Shown here one piece after another: positions 1-13,697 of a DNA stretch of 64,000 bases (its first letter is position 1; each line of letters opens with the position of its first letter). Below the pieces are notes generated by a model. It made no database searches, was not told where the DNA came from, and was given only the letters and a program-made list of their open reading frames with translations. The translations under genes were made by a program, and so were the position numbers. The DNA is from Octopus vulgaris (Eukaryota), in assembly GCA_951406725.2 (NCBI GenBank), contig OX597816.1:53630001-53694000 (forward strand). The letters run 5' to 3'.

Positions 1-24
1 GAGACTTAGTAATTTTAATATTTC

Positions 25-63
<39 letters not shown>

Positions 64-1016
64 TATACATATATATGTACACACACAGACTTCCACTCAC
101 ATGTGTGTATTTGTGTATGTATGTGATAGGTGTGTGTGTGTATGCATATCCGTGTGTCATGTGCGTATAACCAAGTGCATATTTACGTTGTTTTGATATG
201 TGAGAACTGAGTGCAAATAAAGCATACCTTTTCATACAGACAGCATTGTTTGCTTGAAGTTCTCCACAAAATTCTGTCAGAGCTGTTCCTTATTAAGACA
301 CATCTATTACAAGAAATAAACATCAAGCATGAATTTAATATTCCTTTATTTCACCTGTCACATATGTTCCTGTGTTCAATAATCAATTATGGCATACAAA
401 TGTGATTTAAAAAGAGACTTAATCATACCAAATGTGTCCTCAGATGGGCTATTTTCATTCTATCTGAGAACTGAGAACACAATCCTTTATGACTAAGTGT
501 TCTTCGCAAATCACATTTATATATCATATTTATAACATAGGTGCAGGCATGGCTGTGTGGGTAAGAAGTTTTGCTTCCCAACCACATGGTTTCAGGTTCA
601 GTCCAATTGTGTAGTGTCTTGGGCAAGTGCCTCAAGCCTTTGTGAGTGAATGTGGAAGACAGAAATGCTATCATGTATATACATGTGTGTGAAAGTGCTT
701 GTGCCTCTTTAGAAAGACAGGAGGGAAATCACATTTATAGTACCACATTTGCAGTTATCAAACACAGAAATACATGTAATAGATGAAATGAAGGAATACC
801 AAATTCATGCTTCATGTTTTTTAGGTTGAAACTTTGAAATTACTGTCAATACTGTTATTGTTAAAGAATAATAAATCAGTACTCTACCAAATGTATTGAG
901 TAAATCTTTCAATTTAATGAAAAATTGCTTTAATTATAGCATCAAAACAAAACATTTATACATACACACACAGACAGATGTATCACACACACACACACAT
1001 GCACACACATATATGT

Positions 1017-1177
1017 AGCGGGAGCATGGTAAGAAGCTTGCATCCCAACCATGTGCTTCCATGTTCAGTCCCACTGTGGGGCATCTTGGGCAAGTATATT
1101 CATATTCTACTGTAGCTTAGGACCAACAAAAGCCTTGTGAGTGGATTTGGTTGACGGAAACTGAAAGAAGCTCATCG

Positions 1178-1243
<66 letters not shown>

Positions 1244-1510
1244 TGTATGTATGTATGTATATGTATATATATATCCATGTGTGTGCGCGTGTCTTTGTGT
1301 TTGTGTCCGGCCCTCCCATCACCACTTGACAACTGGTATCAGTATTTTTGTGTCCCCATAACTTAGCAGTTTGGCAGAAGAGACTGATAGAATAAGCACC
1401 ACTTCTTAAAAAAAAAAAGCACTGGGGTTGATTCCCTCGACTAAAAGTTCAAGGTAGTGCCCCAGCATGGCTGCAGTCTAATGACTGAGATAAGTAAAAG
1501 ATAAAAGATA
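1017..1510 (+). mobile_element. tRNA-derived SINE family A (octopus OK-like) with central microsatellite
   Basis: Same head (TGGTAAG..GTTCAGTCCCACTG..CTTGGGCAAGT), central (TA)n/(TATG)n and 3' body ending GACTGAGATAAGTAAAAGATAAAAG as many other copies in the window. Confidence 0.8.
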
Positions 1511-1629
1511 TATGTATGTATGCTTATATATATATAAGCCCAGTGTGTATATATATTATTCTTTTATTTGTTTTAGTCATTTGATTGTGGCTATGCTGGA
1601 GCACCACCTTTAATAAATATATATATATA

Positions 1630-1667
<38 letters not shown>

Positions 1668-2664
1668 TGTCTGTGTCTATTTGTTCCCACTTCATCGCTT
1701 GACAACCAATGTTGGTGTGTTTACATCCCTGTAACTCAATGGTTCAGCAAAAGAGACCGACAGAATAAGCACTAGGGTTACAAAGATTAAGTCCTGGGGG
1801 TCAGTTTGTTCAACTAAAAGCAATGCTCCAGCATGGCAGCTATCAAATGACTGAAACAAGTAAAAGAATAAAAGGAAAGAATAAAAGAATATGTGGGTGT
1901 ACACACACACACACGCACTCTCTCTCTCTGTCTCTCTCTCCCTCTCTCTCTCTCTACATCAATACAGAGAGAGGAGAGCTCAATACATGTAGAGGATATG
2001 ATTTTTTTAAAGATGAAACTAAAACTTTGTCTTATGACCTGAATTTGGCACCACTTTGTAAATAATTATTATAAATTGGTATTAATAGTTATTAATATCC
2101 TTTCATCTGTGTGTGTGTGGTCTAGTATTTGTGTTTTTTCATTGGATAGATTTTCATGTTTATTGATTGGCTGGTGGTTTTCTAGCCTCTTCATTGGTTA
2201 TTTATATTATTTTGGGGTTGTAGTGGTGTATTTCTGGCATTTATAGGTGTAAGGGCAAGGGCCTGGGAACAGGGGGTGCAGAGGGTGCACCTGCACCCCT
2301 TGGAATTTTCAGGTGGTGCAAGATCAAAATTTGCACCCCCTACATAATTTTACCAGTTTCAGAAAATAGTGTCTAAAAAATTATCTGTATAAGATGCTTG
2401 AAGCTAGATTTTGTTTCAAAGCAAAAATACATTAGTAACATACAAGAAGAATGAATACTTGACCTCCAGAAGGGGAATAAAAAATCTCTTTAATAGAATC
2501 TGTATTTACTGTCTGGAACCCAAGGTTTCATACTGTTGGAAATCCACAGTTATTCAATGAGAATTCAAATTATAAATAACACTCCACCAGTGTCAGAGTG
2601 TCATTTGTGTGTGTGTGCATGCGCGCATGTGCGTGCATGCATGCATAAATATATATATATGTAT

Positions 2665-2832
2665 GCAGGAGTGGCTGTGTGGTAAGTAGCTTGCTAACCA
2701 ACCACATGGTTCCGGGTTCAGTCCCACTGTGTGGCATCTTGGGCAAGTGTCTTCTGCTATAGCCCCGGGCTGACCAATGCCTTGTGAGTGGATTTGGTAG
2801 ATGGAAACTGAAAGAAGCCTGTCGTATATATG

Positions 2833-2865
<33 letters not shown>

Positions 2866-3075
2866 TTCTGTGTCTGTGTTTGTCCCCCTAGCATTGCTTG
2901 ACAACTGATGCTGGTGTGTTTACGTCCCCGTCACTTAGCGGTTCGGCAAAAGAGACCGATAGAATGAGTACTGGGCTTACAAAGAATAAGTCCCAGGGTC
3001 GATTTGCTCGACTAAAGGTGGTGCTCCAGCATGGCCGCAGTCAAATGACTGAAACAAGTAAAAGAGTAAAAGAGT
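2665..3075 (+). mobile_element. SINE family A, full length
   Basis: GCAGGAGTGGCTGTGTGGTAAG A-box-like head, GGTTCAGTCCC B-box-like, central (TA)n, tail GTAAAAGAGTAAAAGAG. Confidence 0.85.
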
Positions 3076-3607
3076 ATATGTTCATATACATACAAACTTT
3101 GTTTTGCTGTGGATAAGTTGTTAATGCTTGCTGCAAGAATAACACTGTATTCACATATATAAATACAAATAAAATTACCATATAATGTCTAGATTTAGAA
3201 AAAAAAAAAAACTAAATTTTTAATTTCCCAGTATACCTCAGGGGGAAAAAGCATAACAAAATTGATAGAAATAAAACAAAACATAAATACATGAACTGAA
3301 TATAGGTTTTGGTTATACAAGTTTACTGACTTGAATAAATATATATATATACTAAAAGAAAAATATTTTTACTATTTTAGAAAACTTTTTTTCCTTTCTT
3401 CTTCTCTTTGTGCATGATCCTATAGCAGCTGAGAGCATTTTCAGTTTGTCTTCAGATTTAGATAGCACTCTTTATAGTCAGTTCAACAACCATCTTCTTA
3501 TATTTTCTATCTTTCATCTTTCATTTGTTTCATTCATTAGACTGGGGCCATGCTGAGGCACCACCTTGAAGAATTTTTTAGTTGAATGAATCAACCCCCA
3601 GTTGTTT

Positions 3608-4229
3608 CGTACTTTGAGCCTCACAGAGGTTATGACGAAAGACCGAGACCTCTGGAGATATGCTGTGACTTCAAAGACCCAACAAATGAAGTGAGTTCAC
3701 GGCTCACAGGATGGCCTGCTGTGCTAACCTTGGATCGTAGAGTGACTCGCTGTTCTTGAGGATTCGAAGACCCGGCAAATGAAGTGAGTTCATACTCGCA
3801 GGATAGCCTGCTGTGCTAACCTTGGATCATAGAGTGACCCACTGTTCTTGAGGAGACCTGTTGAGTCAAGTTCTTCAACATCAAAAATTTGAATGGTAAT
3901 TGTAGTTAAGACACAAGTGCTGGTGACACGTAAAAGCACCGTTCAAGCATAGCAGTTACTAGCGTCGCTTGACTGGTGTCCGTGTCAGTGACACGTAAAA
4001 GCACCAACCGATCATGGCCGTTTGCCAGCCTGCGCTAGCTCCTGTGCTGGTGGCACATAAAAAACACCCACTACACTCACGGAGTGGTTGACATTAGGAA
4101 GGGCATCCAGCTGTAGAAACCCTGCCAAATCAGACTGGAGCCTGGTGCAGCCTCCATGGCTTACCAGACCCCCGGTTGAACCGTCCAACCCATGCTAGCA
4201 TGGAAAACGGACGTTAAATGATGATGATG
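3608..4229 (+). mobile_element. 5'-truncated RTE-clade LINE: last ORF codons plus 3'UTR with (GAT)n tail
   Basis: 3608-3694 translates RTLSLTEVMTKDRDLWRYAVTSKTQQMK* (DR..WR end typical of RTE ORFs); 3'UTR ends CATGCTAGCATGGAAAACGGACGTTAAATGATGATGATG. Confidence 0.75.
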
Positions 4230-4852
4230 TTCTGTGTTTCATTGGCAGGAAGGTTGAGAGGTAGTTAAGAAGTTTGCTTCTCAACCACATGGTTTAAGGT
4301 TCAGACTGACTGATGTGGTAACTAGGGTAAATGGCTTCTACTATAGCCCTAGGATGACCATAGCCTTGTGGTTGGATTTGGCAGACAGAAACAACACTAA
4401 AGTCTACCATACATACACGCCTCATCATCATTTAATGCCCGTTTTCCATGCTGGCATGGGTTAGATGGTTTGATAGGAACTGGCAAGTCAGAGGGCTGCA
4501 CTAAACTCTACTATCTCCTTTGGTATGGTTTTTACAGCTGGATGCCCTTCCTAATGCCAACCAATTTACAGAGTGGGCTAGGTTCTTTTTACACACACAT
4601 ATTCACACACACACACATGCACACGCGCACACACACACATATACACACACACATACATACATAGGTAAGAAAGTAGGTAGGTAGGTAGGTAGGGAAGGAG
4701 GAAGATAAGTAAATAGACAGGCAGACAGACTGACTGACAGACAAACAGACAGACAGACAGACTGACAGACAGACAGAAAGACAGACAGTCAGACAAATAG
4801 ACAGACAGACAAACAGAAAGACAGACTGACAGACAGACGGACAGACAGACGG

Positions 4853-4885
<33 letters not shown>

Positions 4886-6504
4886 TAGATAGATAGATAG
4901 GTATGCATGTGATTGCCTTAATATCATGTGACAGTTGTTGACAAGCATCCCTGTCATAAAGTGTGGTTTGTTTCCAATTTTCCATGAAAACATGTCTGGC
5001 AATGAGGAAATATTACCCTGCTTGGGAAAAGTTGAAGTTTGGCAACATGAAGGGCATCCAGCCATAGAGAATCTACCTCAATGAATTCCATCTGATCCAT
5101 CTAAGCATAGAAAACTGGACATTAAACAATAATAATGATGAAGATATGGATTCGGATTCTGTATTTATTTTTTCATCTTCTTATTACCGATGCACTGTAC
5201 AGCTTGATAGAACAACCGATATTGGAAAGATATTGGATTTACTGGAAGATAATGGAAGACTCTGTTATTTGTACAGGAATATTTAGGGCTAGTTATGATA
5301 TATATATAGGAAGTTATTGATTAAAAGAAGAAAAACAGTAGAGAAGTGATGGATCTTTTGGATGAAGGATTAAGTAAGTGCTGTCAACATCTGGATGTGG
5401 CACAATTAGTGAATAAAGCCGACACACAATCTTGCAGAATGTTTGTTAGCATATTGTATATAAAGAGGAAGTGAGGTGAGAGAGATGTCCCTAGACAGTA
5501 AGTGATTGAAAAATCTCATGATAATGGCTTATTCAAAGGTATATTATTTGATGGTAAAAGCTTAGGATGTTATCTGGATCAGTGGAAACGGTTATCTTTA
5601 TTTAGAAAAAGATTAGGATAGTTTGACAACTGAGTGGATTAATAATTACACTCAAGAGGTATGAGAGAGAAATGAGTGTGTGAGAAAAAGAGAGATAGAA
5701 GAAGGGGTTAAGAGAGAATGAGGGAAATAAAAGGAAAGAAAGAGGAGAGAGAGAGACAAGAGATAAGAGAAAGAGCAGAGGATGAAAATTAGTCTGTATT
5801 GAGAAGATTTGAAAGCTAAGTGAAGTGGTGAAGCAGAATTTCTACTGACAGGGTTGTTTTAATATTGTCAATTAACAATATGTCAACCCTGATTGAGTAG
5901 ACTGTTGATCAAAAGTATTCAATCCTTGATCATCCAACCATTTTGCCATATATTAGGAGAGAAAATGAGTACTCAGTATGTTATGTAGGGTACGTGAGTA
6001 TGGGTGTGTGCATGAATGCATGCATGCACTTCCGTGTGTGCATGTGAGTGAGCATGTGTGGTTGAATGGTTATAAATTTCATTTTGCGGTCATGAAATCT
6101 CGGGTTCAATCCCACAGTGTGGTATTTTGGGCAAATGTTTCCTATAACTTCGGCTGAACCCATATATTGTGAAGACACAAGGTAGATGGAAACTGTACAG
6201 AAGCCTGTCAGACGGATCATCCTTATAATACAAAAGTACAATCTCCTCACTCACAGCCTGTCATTCCACTTGGCAATTAAAAACACATGTGACTGTGAAA
6301 TGCTTAATCACTCATAGGTTAATTTGGTTGGTTGAACAACTTAATCAACCATATACACAGTATAATCACTGCACCCACACAACTCTCCCAATGTTCATCT
6401 CTATATACAGATTCCTTCCTATACCTGCACACGCAACCTCTCCTCTTCCTCCTCCTCTCTTCCTGACTACTCTTCTCCCCCTCCACCACATACACACACA
6501 TAGA

Positions 6505-6910
6505 ATTCTTTTCTACTCTAAGCACAAGGCCCGAAATTTTTTTTTTGGAGTGGGGGCCAGTCAATTAGATTGACCCCAGTATGCAACTGGTACTTAATTT
6601 ATCGATCCAAAAGGATGAAAGGCAAAGTCAACCTTGGCAGAATTTCAACTTAGAATGTAAAGACAGACGAAATACCTATTTCTTTACTGCCCACAAAGGG
6701 CTAAACACAGAGAGGACAAACAAGGACAGACAAACAGATTAAGTCGATTATATCGACCCCAGTGCGTAACTGGTACTTATTTAATCGACCCTGAAAGGAT
6801 GAAAGGCAAAGTTGACCTTGGCGGAATTTGAACTCAGAACGTAGTGGCAGACGAAATACTGCTAAGTATTTCACCCAGCGTGCTAGCATTTCTAACACCT
6901 CGCCACCTTC
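6505..6910 (-). mobile_element. tRNA-derived SINE family B (OR-like, Meta/MESC-type core), dimer
   Basis: Minus strand carries GAGTTCAAATTC B-box and the core CCTTTCATCCTTTC..GGTCGAT..AAGTACCAG twice. Confidence 0.7.
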
Positions 6911-7221
6911 CCCCACTCATTGAATTGCATTCCCACTTGTCTTCTCATTGCTTCTATTTTCCCCACCACTTTTCTTCATTCTTTTAGTTTCCCACCATCT
7001 TTTCTCTTCCTTTATTTTTTTTTTTTTTCTGATGATGTACTAGCATCCAAAATGTCAAAACACATTTTCCTTCTTTGAAACATTGAAATAATACAACATC
7101 TATTGAAACTTGTTCCCTCTATGTTGTCCTTTTTGTGTGTCCATTGACCTGTGTGTGTGTGTGTGTGTGTGTGCGTGTGTGTGTGTGTGTGCGTGTGCGT
7201 GCACACGTGCACACATGCTCA

Positions 7222-7279
<58 letters not shown>

Positions 7280-7623
7280 TCCAGTTCACTGGTACGTCAG
7301 TTGAATACCACATAAATATGGGTATAATTCAAATTACAAATAAATTATATAGAGAGAAACAATTGACAATTCAGTAATTTATTTATATTATATGATATAC
7401 TATGAATATAATATAATATACGATAGCATAAACTATTATTAAAAAACTAAACAGCCAACACTTTGTTTCAACTTATATAAATTTTTTGATATATAAACAA
7501 TTCAATTCCCTTATATAAGCCTCATCAGATCCAATGGCTTGAAGATAAACAAACTTCCATGTGAAAGGATGGCTGGATTGTATTTCTCTATTTAATTTAT
7601 TCTATATATATATATATATATAT

Positions 7624-7825
7624 AACGGGAAGGTTTACGAAAATAAACAAAAGACGAAGGCAGGTGGAGTACAAACAAACAAATGTATTAGTATGGCGCT
7701 CAGGAATAGAAATAGAACAAGTTTTTTATGTTTCGAGCCTACGCTCTTTGACAGAAAGATACACAGAAAAGAAACAAGGAGAGAAAAAAAATGCTTGTAG
7801 GAGCTAACGATCTAACATGGTGTTC
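7624..7825 (-). mobile_element. Short PLE-type pLTR fragment with decayed minimal hammerhead, inserted in (TA)n
   Basis: Minus 7724-7757 reads TTT-CTGTCAA-AGAGCGTAGGCTC-GAAA-CATAAAA; similar to 48095-48300 and 61810-62010; (TA)n on both sides. Confidence 0.55.
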
Positions 7826-8036
7826 ATAAATATATATATATATATATATATACTGGCGTTAGGAAGGGCATCCAGCTGTAGAAACACTGCCAGATCAGAC
7901 TGGAGCCTGGTGCAGCCTTCTGGCTTCCCAGATCCCCGGTCGAACCGTCCAACCCATGCTAGCATGGAGAACGGACGTTAAACGATGATGATGATGATGA
8001 TGATGATATATATATATATATATATATTTACACACA

Positions 8037-9285
8037 CAGACATGCAGGAAGTAAATAGACACCTTTAAATTTTTCAAAATTTTTGATCTAAGTGTCTTAA
8101 TATGTTTTCAGCGGTGGAGAATTTACAATGTAGTTATTCTTTTTCATTCCAGGTGCCATTATATTAAACATCTGCGAAGAGTAGCCATGCCACACACAAA
8201 AAATTCAGCAGAACTGTCAGATTTTCAAAGAGGTCATATTGTTGGGCAATCCGAGGCTGGTGTTAGCCAGCAAAAAATTGCCGAAAATCTCCAAATTCCT
8301 CTTGCTACTGTAAACAGAATTATATTGCAATTCAAAAGCCAAGGATAAGAATCAACAGATTCTCGTCCCATCTGACCTAGGCTCTCAGAAAGGAAGCTTT
8401 GCTGTTTGAAGAGAATTGTGGAAAACAAACCCTGTTCAAAGGCTTCTGACATTGCAAAACAGCTAGAAGTTAGTCCAAGAACGTGTGTCACATATTTGCA
8501 TAAGCTTGGGTATTATGGACGAACAGCTAGAAGAAAACCTCTCCTTCAACCAATTATCATCATGAAAAGAAATAAATGGGCTAAGGAGATGTCAGAAAAA
8601 TCCAGTTCATTTTGGGATAGAGTGATTTTCTCAGATGAATCCAGATTTGCATTATTTTCAGACAGTGGACGTGTTTGGGTCTGGAGGTTTCCCAGTTAAG
8701 GATTTGATTCGAAACAACTTCAACCAACTGTGAAACATGGCGGTATCTCTGTAATGGTATGTGGAGCTATCACCAGCAATGGTTGTTCTGAGCTGATCGA
8801 ATGTGTTGGAACCATAAACTCTGAAAAATACATTGAAATACTTAAGCAAAGACTACGTTTGATGTATTCACACGATAACATAATGAAAAATGAGTTTTTA
8901 TTCATGGAACATGGGGCACCATGCCACACAGCAAAAAGGAATCAACAATGGCTGAGTGAAAAAGTTTCCTTGGCTGAGCCAATCTCATAACATGAACCCA
9001 GTTGAAAATCTTTGGAGCATACAAAAAACTCAACAGAAACCTAAATCTAAAGATGAATTGTTTCGATTGTTGTGTGAAAAGTGGGCAGAAATTCCACAAG
9101 AGACAATCACAAAGCTCATCAGTTCAATGCTAAAAACAGTTTCTGAATTAAAAACTGCAAAGGGAATGTCAACTAAATACTAAAGTATGTAGTCCTATCT
9201 ATTGATTACATTTCAATTGTTCGCTTTGCATATTAAATAAAAGATTTTGAAAATTAAAGGTGTCTATTTATTTCCTGCATGTCTG
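8037..9285 (+). mobile_element. Tc1-family DNA transposon, complete TIRs, inactivated
   Basis: TIRs CAGACATGCAGGAAgTAAATAGACACCTTTAA / TTAAAGGTGTCTATTTAtTTCCTGCATGTCTG enclosing a broken transposase. Confidence 0.9.
8187..9183 (+). pseudogene. Tc1 transposase pseudogene
   Basis: [20 protein letters not shown] (HTH), ARRKPLL, WDRVIFSDESRF, KHGGISVMVCG, HGAPCHTA, NPVENLW, G.STKY; several stops and frameshifts. Confidence 0.9.
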
Positions 9286-9295
9286 TGTTCACACA

Positions 9296-9326
<31 letters not shown>

Positions 9327-9329
9327 GTG

Positions 9330-9385
<56 letters not shown>

Positions 9386-9610
9386 TGGAGGTACATGGTT
9401 TAGTGATTAGGGTGTTGGATTCATGATCATAAGAGTGTGGTTTTGATTTCTGGAACAGGTGGTCTATGCATTCTTGAGCAAAATACTTCATTTCATGTTG
9501 TTTTAATCCATTCAACTGGTAAAAATGAATAATCTTGCCATGCACTAGTGTCCCACCCAGGGAGGAATATATACGTCATGGAAATCGGGAAACTAGCCCT
9601 ATGCTTCTTA
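9386..9610 (+). mobile_element. tRNA-derived SINE family C
   Basis: TGGTTTAGTGATTAG head and TTCTTGAGCAAAATACTTCATTTCA core; related copies at about 11690-12015(-), 30100-30400(-), 46350-46610(-), 57652-57900(+). Confidence 0.65.
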
Positions 9611-9645
9611 TGAAATGATGTGGACTAATCATATATTATATATTC

Positions 9646-9686
<41 letters not shown>

Positions 9687-9694
9687 TAATAATA

Positions 9695-10209
9695 ATTATC
9701 ATGGACATTGTTTTGTATTGGTATAAAAGATGGGCTACAAGCAAATATTCTGCTCAATACCACAGATTTGCTTGTCAGTTGCTTGACCTTAACTAGTTGA
9801 GCATGTCCTTTAGTGGCTGACGATATGTGCATCTCTGACCACGAGCAGAAGTAGTGGGGGAGCATCATAGCCATGTGTTGAGAGGGATTCTTTTGGTTTT
9901 GAATAATTCACCTCTTGAAACATGGGTGTTTCGTTCAACATCCTTAAACGGTCTTTATTCAGGGACCTTTTGAGTGGGATGGGTTACTCGACCTGAAGAA
10001 AATTCTAACTGGGCCCCCACCTACAAGGTCATGTGCTGTTTATCTTGATATGAGATCACCATGTCGCACACATATGGTTGTGATGCATGTGCCTAGTGTA
10101 CCCTTATCAGACAGGTAGTCATGATGGGTATACTGGGCTTCGTATATTTTACCTCGGTGTCACTTAGATGGCATGCACTGCTCTCTCACTCAATAATAAT
10201 AATAATAAT
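9695..10209 (+). mobile_element. LINE 3'UTR with (AAT)n tail inserted in an (AAT)n tract (probably R4/Dong type)
   Basis: Flanked on both sides by (AAT)n; ends GCACTGCTCTCTCACTCAATAATAAT; short inverted copy of the same end at about 10353-10420. Confidence 0.5.
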
Positions 10210-10418
10210 CCCAAGATAAAATTTCATAAATGTTTTAATGCATTGCTATGCACATTTCCACAAGTTACATATTGTTTGTGACCATAATCCACAGACATAG
10301 GTTGATTACAATATAATTTGTAATATCTATGGATATTATGGTTATATATATGATTATTATTGAGTGAGAGAGCAGTGCATGCCATCAAAGTGACAGTGGG
10401 GTAAAATATACGAAACCC

Positions 10419-10502
<84 letters not shown>

Positions 10503-11181
10503 CAAGACCAACGATGGCTTAGCAGGCCAAAACTTTGAAGTAACTGTCAACAACATTCTTGTATAAGAACAATAAATTTGTACCCTAGAAAAGTATAGAG
10601 TAACCAATCATATTAATGTAAAATTGTTTTTATTAGAACTGAACATAAAAACAAACATCAAAACACATATATATATATATAGATATATATGTAGTTTTAT
10701 GATTAAAATATATATTTTGTGCTACTTTTTCTGCTTGGTGTTGCACACTAAATCTCCAAGCTTCACCCAATACTTCTGTTCGCCAGTCTTGCATTAATTT
10801 TCAACTCAATAATTTCCTATTTGATGAACATTCATACATGAGTCATCATTCCAAAGGATCTCTTTGCATATTTAGAAAATTTACTGTTTTATCTTCTACA
10901 TGAAATTTTCTTCCTACAATTCGTCTTACACAATCGTTGTTTTAACACTCTCAATATATAATTTTCATCTTCTTTCATATATCAAGTATTACATTTAATT
11001 CATTTTCCCACTTTCATTTCGTAACTGCTTCTTACACTTTCTCACCAACTAAACACATACACTCACAAAACATAAAGTGGATCGGATAAAGTTAATGGCG
11101 CCTGTGTGTATTTGTGTACAACTCTCATTCTCTCACTCTCTATTTTACTCACTTTCTCTCCCTCTGTATTTTGCTCAGACA

Positions 11182-11217
<36 letters not shown>

Positions 11218-12083
11218 GTTCCTCTCTCTCTGTTCCTTTCTATCAACAGATGCTATTATTTTTATTTCTTCTCCTCTTTCTCTCTCTTTTCTTAGTGTCT
11301 GTCATACATATTTCTTTTCCTCGTGTGCAAAACTTTTTCTCGTGATTATTCTCACAGGTAATCTTTCCTTTCCCTTTTTTTTTTTACAGATTCCATGATA
11401 TCTAATCACTTCCTTTGTGTGTCTGTTAGCATTTTTGAAAATGGCAAATGACATCATTTCTTCGTAATCCAAACATCTACTGAGATAGGATCATAAAGAA
11501 CAAGCTGGATCAAACTTTTTGACCCAGATGGGACATTGATCAGAAATATGGGATTTTCTTGTATGTATGATAATTGCAATACCAATATTCTCTATAGCAT
11601 TGCAATTCTTAGCAAATTTTAGAGTACTTCTGTGTAGGGACTTAGAAATGGAAGGGGAAAGATCAACAATATCCAATTAGGTACCTCTAACGAACTGCCA
11701 CTCTGCTGCTTGCAATGATAAGAATTCCAGTTGATTCGATCAATGGAATAGTCTGCACATGAAATTAATGTACAAGTGGCTGAGCACTCCACAGACACAC
11801 ATACCCTTCATTTAGTTCTCAGAGAGATTTAGCATGACACAGAATGTGACAAGGCTGGCCCTATGAATTACAGGTACAGCTTATCTTCACCAGCTGAGAG
11901 TACTGGAGTAATGTTAAATAAAGTGTATTGTTCAAGGGCCCAAGATGTTGCCAGGAATTAAACTCATGTCCTCATGATCATGAGCTGAATACCCTAACCA
12001 TTAAGCCATGCACCTTCACACCACTTAAGTACATCAAGAATTGTACTTTTAACTGTTCTATATTTTAGAGATGAAGAATTCTG

Positions 12084-12386
12084 TACATTATTTACATTAT
12101 TTACATTGAGCGGATATATGTCCTCATCTTGTTTGTTGTTACCACAATGTTTCGGCTGATTTACTCTCTAGCCTTCATCAGGTGTCCTAGTAGAATTTTG
12201 AACCCAACCCTGGGTTCTCATTCCTAAGGTATTTTGTTGCTGATGTTATTATTATTATTATTATTATCATCATCATTATTTATTCAATGCACTGCCTAGG
12301 ATTGAATGGGTATATAGCGTAATGGTTAAGAGTGCAGGCTACTAACCCCAAGATTGTGAGTTCAATTCCAGGCAGTGCCTTGAATA

Positions 12387-12422
<36 letters not shown>

Positions 12423-12588
12423 CATCAGCAACAAAATACCTTAGGAATAAGGACCCAGGGTTGGGTCCAAAATTCTACCAGGACACCTGATGAAGGCTGG
12501 TGAGTAAATCAGCCAAAACGTGGTAACAACAAACAAGATGAGGATGAGGATACATATCCATCCAATGTAAATAATGTAAATAATGTAT
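12084..12588. mobile_element. Head-to-head pair of a tRNA-headed, hammerhead-bearing SINE-like element
   Basis: 12308-12588(+) = tRNA-like head, (AAT)n, body with CAC-CTGATGA-AGGCTG..CAGCC-(a/G)AAA; 12084-12307 is an inverted 5'-truncated copy. Confidence 0.75.
12143..12184 (-). ncRNA. Minimal type I hammerhead ribozyme motif
   Basis: Minus strand CAC CTGATGA AGGCT..AGCC GAAA CATT GTG: core boxes, stem II and 3-bp stem I CAC/GTG. Confidence 0.7.
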
Positions 12589-12888
12589 ACTTTTAACTGT
12601 ATTGCTAAATCAGTTAAATACATGAAATACTGTTCTTTTCTAATGTTGTTCCAAAGTTATATATTCTTCACCACAACAACGGTGACGGGGACGATGACAG
12701 GCACAGGCATGGTTGTGCGGGTAAGTAGCTTACTTTGCTACCACATGACTCAGGGTTCAGTCCCACTGTATGACATTTTGAGTAAGTGTCTTCTGCTACA
12801 ATCTCACGTTAATCAATGCCTTGTGAGTAAATCTGGTAAATGGAAACTGTGTGGAAACCTGTTGTACATGTGTGTGTGTATGTGTGTG

Positions 12889-12944
<56 letters not shown>

Positions 12945-13167
12945 TATGTGTCTGTGTTTAGACTCCCACCGCTTGACAACTGGTGTTGGTCTGTTCAGAT
13001 TTCTGTAACTTAGTGGTTCAGCAAAAGAAATCGATAGAATAAGAGCCAGTCTTAAAAAAGAAAATGAAAGTGTTGGGATCAATTTGTTCACCTAAACATT
13101 ACAAGGCAGTGCCCCAGCATGGCCACAGTCCAATGACTGAAACAAGTAAAAGATAAAGTAAACTATG

Positions 13168-13347
13168 CATAGGAGTGGCTGTGTGGTAAGTAGCTTGCTT
13201 ACTAACTTACCAACCACATGGTTCTGAGTTCAGTCCCTCTGTGTGGCACCTTGGGCAAGTGTCTTCTACTATAGCCTCAGGCTGACCAAAGCCTTGTGCG
13301 TGGATTTGGTAGACAGAAACTGTCTATACATACTATACATACATATA

Positions 13348-13379
<32 letters not shown>

Positions 13380-13600
13380 CATGTGTGCATATATTTGTGT
13401 GTCTGTGTTTGTCCCCCCAACATCGCTTGACAACCGATGCTGGTGTGTTTACGTCCCTGTAATTTAGCGTTCAGCAAAAGAGACCGATGGAATAAGTACT
13501 AGGCTTCCAAAGAATAAGTCGTGGGGTCGATTTGCTCAACTAAAAGCAGTTCTCCAGCATGGCCACAGTCAAATGACTGAAACAAGTATGAGTAAAAGAG
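13168..13600 (+). mobile_element. SINE family A, directly after a more diverged copy at about 12705-13160
   Basis: Same head, body and tail as 2665-3075. Confidence 0.8.
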
Positions 13601-13697
13601 TAACAATGTGCATTAGACATCATTCTGTTACACACATACACACACACACACACTCACACTCACACACTCACATGCACACACACACATGAGTGCATAC

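Noticed and set aside
12308-12380. Functional tRNA gene
   Set aside because: Acceptor stem pairs poorly and the sequence is linked to a repeated SINE body
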